This document shows, piece after piece, positions 58,387 through 64,000 of a stretch of DNA of 64,000 bases (position 1 is its first letter; every line of letters begins with the position of its first letter). The DNA is taken from NCBI GenBank assembly GCA_964650385.1, contig CAZYTP010000001.1, positions 352 to 64,351 on the forward strand. Reading direction: 5' to 3'. This DNA is from an uncultured Syntrophales bacterium (GTDB taxonomy: Bacteria; Desulfobacterota; Syntrophia; Syntrophales; JADFWA01). A program made the position numbers and the translations under genes. The notes beneath the pieces are model-generated. The model saw only the letters and a program-made list of their open reading frames with translations. It was not told the origin of the DNA and did not search any database.

Positions 58387-59580
58387 ATGAACCTTACAAT
58401 ACCTGGATTATGTTTTCTCACCTCATCAAATCCACTGAAGTTTAACACAGATGGACATGATACGTTATTCAAACCCATGTCAGACGATCCTTGTGCTTCA
58501 GAAAACGTATTGGTTCTAACAAACATACATGTCCAAACGCTTCAGTTACAGTCTGTTAAGGGAATTTCGCTCTTTGATCATTTAGATTTGAATGACGACT
58601 TCGTGATACCGGAAATTTATGATGGCAGCCAGAATCTTGGAGGAAAAAGTATTCTGATTTTGATGTTGAACGGGTGGGGCGACATGATCCTTATCCAGCC
58701 TGCATTGCAGGCATTCTACAAAAAAGCCGCATCATCCGGCAAGTCACCCCACATTACCTTAGGTTGCAATTGGATACATAACTTTCCTTATCCAGATGTG
58801 CCGTTCATCCAAGACGTTCGGCCAAATATCTTGACTCTTAAGGAGTTGGGGGAATTTGATCTCCTGGTTAATCTTATCCCTGTTAATCATAAAAGATCTC
58901 TTGATAAGTCTATGAAAGATTTATGCTTTGAAATCCTAAAGTTGAATGGGGAAAAGCAAGACATTCCCGCCCCATTTATTGCCCCGGATTTGAATAGGGT
59001 TGCACATATTCAACCAGTGTTTGACCGGCTTCGTAAATCAACAGGCAAAAAATTATGTTATGTCAATTGGAAATCGAGATTTGTTCACAAGAATGCTCCA
59101 CCACAACTATTATTCAAGATTGTGGAGGCGCTCTCTGACCAGTACCAGGCCGTACTATTCAAGGATGCGCCGGTATCCAAAGTAATGCAGAAGGAAATTG
59201 ACGCATCTGATACTTCAATTATAAACCTGTCTCACCTCATTAATGACTATCATGACACGATTGCAGCCCTTACACTAATGGATGCATTTATATCGGTAGA
59301 TACCGGCATTGTCCACGCTGCCGGAGCAATGGGTATACCAGGGGTCGCCCTTTTCGGGCCTTTTCCTCCGGAGACACATGTTTCTGACTACCCCTCAATA
59401 ATTGGAATCAGGGCACAATACGAGGGGAAAATCTGTAAATGTCCCTGTCTTGAAACACATCGTGGTTGTGCGGAACTTAATTTTATTCCGGCAAGTGAGA
59501 GTCCCTGCTTTCAAGCAATAAAAGCCACCGAAGTTATTGAGGCATTTAAAAAAATAGTTAAAACATCTAAACATTTCTGA
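58387..59580 (+). CDS. glycosyltransferase family 9 (heptosyltransferase-like)
   Basis: 397 aa with ILILMLNGWGDMILIQPALQAF and DAFISVDTGIVHAAGAMGIPGVALFGP. Confidence 0.75.
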   Translation: MNLTIPGLCFLTSSNPLKFNTDGHDTLFKPMSDDPCASENVLVLTNIHVQTLQLQSVKGISLFDHLDLNDDFVIPEIYDGSQNLGGKSILILMLNGWGDMILIQPALQAFYKKAASSGKSPHITLGCNWIHNFPYPDVPFIQDVRPNILTLKELGEFDLLVNLIPVNHKRSLDKSMKDLCFEILKLNGEKQDIPAPFIAPDLNRVAHIQPVFDRLRKSTGKKLCYVNWKSRFVHKNAPPQLLFKIVEALSDQYQAVLFKDAPVSKVMQKEIDASDTSIINLSHLINDYHDTIAALTLMDAFISVDTGIVHAAGAMGIPGVALFGPFPPETHVSDYPSIIGIRAQYEGKICKCPCLETHRGCAELNFIPASESPCFQAIKATEVIEAFKKIVKTSKHF

Positions 59581-59583
59581 TTA

Positions 59584-61272
59584 ATGCGAACGGAATTTAC
59601 GATGGACATGAAAACAAAAATCCAGAAAGAAAAACCTTACAACAACGCCCCTTCTGCTGGGTCTCCGATGTTTGATAGTCAAACAGATAAAGCAGATGAG
59701 CAGATCATCATTTCTAGAAAGCTTGATAAAATAGAAACGCCAGATCTGCCCAGGAACGGAAAAATCAAAACGATACAAGATTTGGCAAAAATTGTTGCAG
59801 AACTCCGGACAAAAAATAAAAAAATAGTTCACTGTCACGGAGTTTTTGATCTGCTTCACATTGGCCACATCCGTTACTTCGAACAGGCACGGGAGATGGG
59901 GGACATTTTGGTAGTAACTGTCACTCCAGATCAATACGCTGGTGATGGACCAAACCATCCTGCCTTTACAGAAACACAGCGAGTCGAAACAATCGCTTCA
60001 TTAAGTTTTATCGATTATGTAGCTATCAATAACTGGCCTACTGTCGAGGAAACTTTGCGCCTTTTGAAACCTGATGTATATGTTAAAGGTCCGGAATACA
60101 AAAGCAAATTGCCGGAAACGACTGAAACACTTGCAAGTGAAGAGAAGGTTGTTAGTGAGATCGGTGCAAATATTGCCTTTACCGAAGACTTTCATTTCAG
60201 TTCCACTAACCTGATTAATCGCTACTTATTGGATCTGCCGGATGAAATTAATAAATATCTTCATCTGTTTCGCCAGCGCTGCACACTCGATAATGTTTTG
60301 GGAATCCTTGATAATATGGCTTCACTAAATGTATTGGTTATAGGCGATACGATTCTGGACGAATACCAGTATTGCAATGCAATAGGCAAATCTTCCAAAG
60401 ACCCTACCCTTGCTCTGAAGTATCAATCCCATGATTTATTCGCCGGCGGTATCCTTGCTGTTGCAAATCATGTGGCTAACTTTGCCAATAAGGTGCAACT
60501 TATAACCGTAATAGGGGAACATAACAGCCACGAAGAGTTTATCCGATCACAGCTCCATCCCAATATTTCACCATTTTTTTTCATTCAACCCGATGCACCG
60601 ACGTTGATAAAACGCCGTTTTATTGACAGCTATTCGACTAACAAACTTTTCGAGGTGTACGTCATGGATGACTCAGGCCTTCCCCCGGAAAAAAACAATG
60701 AAGTATGCCGCTGGCTCCAGGACGAACTCTCGGAATATGATCTCGTTATTGCAGCGGATTATGGCCATGGAGCCATAAGTAAAGAAATAGTCCGAACACT
60801 TTCAAGAAAATCAAGGTTCCTGGCGGTAAATACCCAGGCTAATGCGGGTAATCGCGGTTTGCATAGTGTGACCCGATATCCACGCGCTGACTATGCGTGC
60901 ATTGCGGAACACGAGTTACGCCTTGAAACCCGAACACAAAATGGCATGATCCGGCCATTAATGGATTTTCTTGCACAGAAGCTAGGCTGTTCTCAATTCG
61001 TAGTTACGCGCGGAAGAAAAGGTTGTGCTGTGTGTGACGAAAATGGGGGATTCGTTGATATACCATCATTTGCCCAAAACATTGTCGATAGAGTGGGCGC
61101 GGGTGATGCTTTCTTCTCAGTGACCAGTCTCGCTTCAGCTCTTGGAGCGCCCATCGAGGTTCTCGGATTTATAGGAAATGTGGTGGGCTCATTAGCTGTC
61201 GGGACTCTGGGTAATAAAAAATCTATAGATAAAACAAGTGTTCAGAACTACATTACTTCTCTTTTGAAATGA
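59584..61272 (+). CDS. bifunctional cytidylyltransferase-like nucleotidyltransferase (N-terminal) + PfkB sugar kinase (C-terminal); HldE-like with reversed domain order
   Basis: HCHGVFDLLHIGHIRYFEQAREMGDILVVTVTPD is a (H/T)xGH nucleotidyltransferase. The C-terminal half has NVLVIGDTILDEY and DRVGAGDAFFS (PfkB motifs). The start is uncertain (alternative Met codons at 59602 and 59608). Confidence 0.8.
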   Translation: MRTEFTMDMKTKIQKEKPYNNAPSAGSPMFDSQTDKADEQIIISRKLDKIETPDLPRNGKIKTIQDLAKIVAELRTKNKKIVHCHGVFDLLHIGHIRYFEQAREMGDILVVTVTPDQYAGDGPNHPAFTETQRVETIASLSFIDYVAINNWPTVEETLRLLKPDVYVKGPEYKSKLPETTETLASEEKVVSEIGANIAFTEDFHFSSTNLINRYLLDLPDEINKYLHLFRQRCTLDNVLGILDNMASLNVLVIGDTILDEYQYCNAIGKSSKDPTLALKYQSHDLFAGGILAVANHVANFANKVQLITVIGEHNSHEEFIRSQLHPNISPFFFIQPDAPTLIKRRFIDSYSTNKLFEVYVMDDSGLPPEKNNEVCRWLQDELSEYDLVIAADYGHGAISKEIVRTLSRKSRFLAVNTQANAGNRGLHSVTRYPRADYACIAEHELRLETRTQNGMIRPLMDFLAQKLGCSQFVVTRGRKGCAVCDENGGFVDIPSFAQNIVDRVGAGDAFFSVTSLASALGAPIEVLGFIGNVVGSLAVGTLGNKKSIDKTSVQNYITSLLK

Positions 61273-61853
61273 TACAACGAAAAGCGGTTTTTTTAGATCG
61301 TGACGGGGTGCTTATTGAGGATGTCAATCTTTTAACACGGCGCGATCAAGTTCTCATCTGCAATAAAACCCCTGTAGCGCTGAATGCATTGAATGCATCG
61401 GAATATGCGATTTTTGTCATCACGAACCAGCCTGTTGTTGCGCGTGGATTGGCTACGGAACAGGACGTAGAGGAACTTAACTCATTCATAGGAAAAAAGG
61501 TGTTTGAAAAATCCGGATGTAAAATAGAACGCTTTTACTATTGCCCACATCATCCGGAAGCTACACTGCCTGAGTATCGGATTAAATGCGATTGCCGAAA
61601 ACCTCGACCGGGCATGTTGTTACAGGCGGCAAGGGAATACAATTTGGATCTTAGCGCAAGTTTTATGATAGGTGATCGAATTTCAGACATCATAGCCGGG
61701 TACAGGGCAGGCTGTACAACCATTCTTGTCAAAACGGGCATGCATAAAGCAAAACCAATAGTATCCGATGCCATGGATTTAACCGTCAAACCGGATCATG
61801 TATGTAATGACCTGTACGAAGCATCAGGAATTATATTGAGAGAATATAAATGA
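61269..61853 (+). CDS. gmhB: D,D-heptose 1,7-bisphosphate phosphatase (HAD-IIIA)
   Basis: 194 aa with AVFLDRDGVL and the CDCRKPRPGM zinc/HAD motif. ATGA overlap with the upstream gene. Confidence 0.88.
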   Translation: MIQRKAVFLDRDGVLIEDVNLLTRRDQVLICNKTPVALNALNASEYAIFVITNQPVVARGLATEQDVEELNSFIGKKVFEKSGCKIERFYYCPHHPEATLPEYRIKCDCRKPRPGMLLQAAREYNLDLSASFMIGDRISDIIAGYRAGCTTILVKTGMHKAKPIVSDAMDLTVKPDHVCNDLYEASGIILREYK

Positions 61854-62587
61854 AAGCCGTTATCTTGTGTGCAGGAACAGGGAGTCGCCTTGGGAATTTA
61901 ACGAAAGCCGTTCCCAAACCAATGCTTCCACTGAATGGAAAGCCCCTTCTTGCATACACCCTCAATTATTTGACAAAGTTCGATATTCGCGAAATTGCCA
62001 TCAATGTGCATTTTTCCCCCGATCAAATTACAGATTACTTTAAGGATGGCCAATCCTATGGGGCCAGCCTCCACTACTCACACGAGGAAAAACTCTTAGG
62101 AACTGCGGGGGCTCTGGTCAAATTGGCCCCCTGGCTTGCAGATGAAAAGGAGTTTCTTGTGTTATACGGTGACATCCTAACCGATCAGAATATTTCTCTC
62201 CTGATCGACAAACACCATAAGGAGCGAAGTTTCGCGACACTCCTGCTCCATAAGCGAAAAAAATCAAACAGCATTGTAAAAATTGACGAAACGAATCGAA
62301 TAGCCTGCTTCGAAGAAAGACCATCAGAAGATAAAAAAAGGGGTCTGTTAAAAAACAATGACGATGTATGGGTGAATTCCGGTGTGCAAGTACTGAGCAA
62401 TGAAGCATTGGACTATATTGTCAATACCGGTGCATTTGACTTGCCACGGGATGTTTACTGTAACTCTGTTGAAAACAAGAGAATATTCGGAGTGCCTTTG
62501 ACCGGATTCAGAATCGCTATCGATTCACCAGACCGCTATCACGAAGCTGAACAGGCCATTAAGAGAGGAAATTACAAATTTTCTTAA
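61850..62587 (+). CDS. sugar-1-phosphate nucleotidyltransferase (HddC-like)
   Basis: 245 aa starting MKAVILCAGTGSRLGNLTKAVPKPMLPLNGKPLL (NTP_transferase signature). ATGA overlap with gmhB. Confidence 0.75.
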   Translation: MKAVILCAGTGSRLGNLTKAVPKPMLPLNGKPLLAYTLNYLTKFDIREIAINVHFSPDQITDYFKDGQSYGASLHYSHEEKLLGTAGALVKLAPWLADEKEFLVLYGDILTDQNISLLIDKHHKERSFATLLLHKRKKSNSIVKIDETNRIACFEERPSEDKKRGLLKNNDDVWVNSGVQVLSNEALDYIVNTGAFDLPRDVYCNSVENKRIFGVPLTGFRIAIDSPDRYHEAEQAIKRGNYKFS

Positions 62588-62629
62588 AATAGCCACAGAC
62601 CCACACAGGCATACACGGAAAATAAGAAA

Positions 62630-63196
62630 ATGAAACATTTTACAGATTACGCCACACGCCTGAACAACATTTTACAGAACCATAATTGGAAAGATGTTCA
62701 CAAATTGACCGAGGCCTTGCTTATCGTTTGGAAAGAAAAGAAGCAGGTGTTTCTTTGCGGTAATGGGGGAAGCGGTGCCAACGCAATTCATTTTGCCAAT
62801 GACTTAATTTACGGTGTTTCAAAAGGTAACCGCCCTGGTTTGAAAGTTCATGCACTACCTGCAAATCAATCTGTTATAACCAGCCTTGCAAACGACATTT
62901 CTTATGAAAATGTTTTTTCTTATCAACTGGCTGTGTTGGGAGAACCGGGAGATATTCTACTCGCATTTTCAGGAAGTGGAAATTCTTCCAATATTGTTAA
63001 AGCGATTCAAAAAGCAAAAGAACTGGAAATGAAAACCTTTGCTTTGCTTGGATTTTCAGGAGGTAAATCATTGGAGTTGGTAGATGTGGCAATTCATTTT
63101 CCTGTCGATGATATGCAAATAGCAGAAGATTGTCAGCAAATAGTCGGACACATGATAATGCGTTGGCTGGCGGATAATAGGCATTCTGTACGATGA
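62630..63196 (+). CDS. gmhA: phosphoheptose isomerase (SIS domain)
   Basis: 188 aa with VFLCGNGGSGANAIHFANDL and LLAFSGSGNS. Confidence 0.9.
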   Translation: MKHFTDYATRLNNILQNHNWKDVHKLTEALLIVWKEKKQVFLCGNGGSGANAIHFANDLIYGVSKGNRPGLKVHALPANQSVITSLANDISYENVFSYQLAVLGEPGDILLAFSGSGNSSNIVKAIQKAKELEMKTFALLGFSGGKSLELVDVAIHFPVDDMQIAEDCQQIVGHMIMRWLADNRHSVR

Positions 63197-64000
63197 AAAA
63201 AATAACTGAAAAGATACTGGTAATTGGCAGCAACTCCTTTTCAGGTGCCAGTTTTGTTGATTACGTCCTCAGGGAAGGTACGGAAGTGATCGGAGTAAGC
63301 CGTTCTCAAGAACCAAATCCGATTTCCCTTCCTTACAAAAGTCAGCAGAATGCTAATTTCCGATTCTACCAAATGGACTTAAATCATCATTTAGAACAGG
63401 TTATGGATCTCATCCGTGAGTTTCGACCGGGCTATATAATTAATTTTGCGGCACAAAGCATGGTAGCGGAAAGCTGGCAGAACCCCGAACATTGGTTTGT
63501 GACTAACGCGGTTTCCAATGTAAAGCTCCATGATCAGCTTCGCCGATGTGACTTTCTGGAGAAATATGTTCATATTTCTACCCCGGAAGTTTATGGCTCA
63601 TGTCGCGGATTAGTCAGGGAAAGTACTCCGTACAATCCGAGTACACCTTATGCGGTTTCACGTGCAGCGGCGGATATGAGTTTGATGACCTTTTATAAAG
63701 AATATGATTTCCCGGTTGTGTTTACACGTGCCGCAAATGTGTATGGTCCGGGACAGCAACTCTATCGGATTATTCCACGGACAATCCTCTTTTTTCTTAT
63801 AGGCAAAAAACTTCAGCTGCATGGAGGTGGTCATTCCGTTCGCTCTTTCATTCATATCCGTGATGTAGCAGATGGCACACTTCGTGTGGCTCGTCATGCA
63901 CCAGCCGGTGAAATTTATCATTTTTCCACTATCAGAAACGTCTCCATACGATCTCTGATCCAGATGATTGCCGAACAGATGAACATATCATTTGAAGACA
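63193..64000 (+). CDS. extended-SDR NAD-dependent sugar-nucleotide dehydratase/epimerase, 5' part (runs off the right edge)
   Basis: My own translation from the ATG at 63193 (ATGA overlap with gmhA): MKKITEKILVIGSNSFSGASFVDYVL...HISTPEVYGS...PYAVSRAAADMSL...TRAANVYGPGQ. It is RmlB/4,6-dehydratase-like. Confidence 0.8.
   Translation, partial: MKKITEKILVIGSNSFSGASFVDYVLREGTEVIGVSRSQEPNPISLPYKSQQNANFRFYQMDLNHHLEQVMDLIREFRPGYIINFAAQSMVAESWQNPEHWFVTNAVSNVKLHDQLRRCDFLEKYVHISTPEVYGSCRGLVRESTPYNPSTPYAVSRAAADMSLMTFYKEYDFPVVFTRAANVYGPGQQLYRIIPRTILFFLIGKKLQLHGGGHSVRSFIHIRDVADGTLRVARHAPAGEIYHFSTIRNVSIRSLIQMIAEQMNISFED

Noticed and set aside
53636-59580. The C-terminal Cys clusters in both GT9 enzymes (TCKSPC…VCP…SPC and CKCPC…GC…SPC) could be the iron-finger of autotransporter heptosyltransferases, which would prove protein heptosylation.
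   Set aside because: As far as I recall, a C-x-(x)-P-C…C…C cluster after the LFGP motif is common in many ordinary GT9 family members, so it does not discriminate. Phylogeny is needed.

Overview
The window reads as a chromosomal segment of an anaerobic, sigma-54-rich, Desulfobacterota-like bacterium. That placement is inferred from gene content only, because I found no rRNA, tRNA or CRISPR array. All calls come from reading motifs by eye; nothing was searched against a database. Layout: (i) 1-1.07 kb is the edge of an accessory patch, with the 5' part of an AbiV-like abortive-infection gene, a 30-codon integrase-like remnant, a strong minus-strand terminator and a palindrome/tandem-repeat block. 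(ii) 1.07-14.2 kb is one tightly packed minus-strand housekeeping block: purF-aspS-carA-guaA-carB-(PEP/pyruvate-binding protein)-gltA. (iii) 14.8-17.8 kb holds amt-glnK-porin behind a sigma-54-like promoter and twin hairpins. (iv) 18.4-23.4 kb holds an M16 peptidase, a membrane protein and a GpsA-like dehydrogenase. (v) 23.7-27.4 kb holds an intact cooS plus an acsB that stops just before its A-cluster domain and abuts the tail of a RACo-type gene, which looks like a deletion scar. (vi) 28.2-31.1 kb holds a Soj-like ParA with no ParB, followed by an acidic protein and a protein with two topoisomerase-type zinc ribbons. (vii) 31.1-33.0 kb holds a receiver gene, a receiver fragment and a decayed hybrid histidine kinase. 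(viii) 33.0-40.2 kb is a chemosensory cluster (HTH-REC, cheR, cheD, cheY, cheX-like, cheB, cheA, cheY, cheX) with no cheW and no MCP. (ix) 40.4-44.0 kb is an AT-rich accessory patch: an FGE/SUMF1-domain protein with near-identical acidic tandem repeats, an orphan class-III-cyclase-like protein, and IS200/IS605 and DDE-transposase fragments. (x) 44.0-45.5 kb is a PAS-GGDEF cyclase. (xi) 46.2-64 kb is a glycosylation island with three sigma-54-type promoters (two consensus-perfect and divergent), TPR-glycosyltransferase fusions, CgeB-like enzymes, two GT9 enzymes and a heptose-nucleotide operon. The best candidates for something new are the sigma-54-wired TPR-GT/heptose island (protein glycosylation?), the cyclase-like + FGE-domain pair beside IS debris (conflict system?), and the ParB-less ParA trio. 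The window also carries several independent deletion or frameshift scars, so either the genome is decaying or the assembly has errors.
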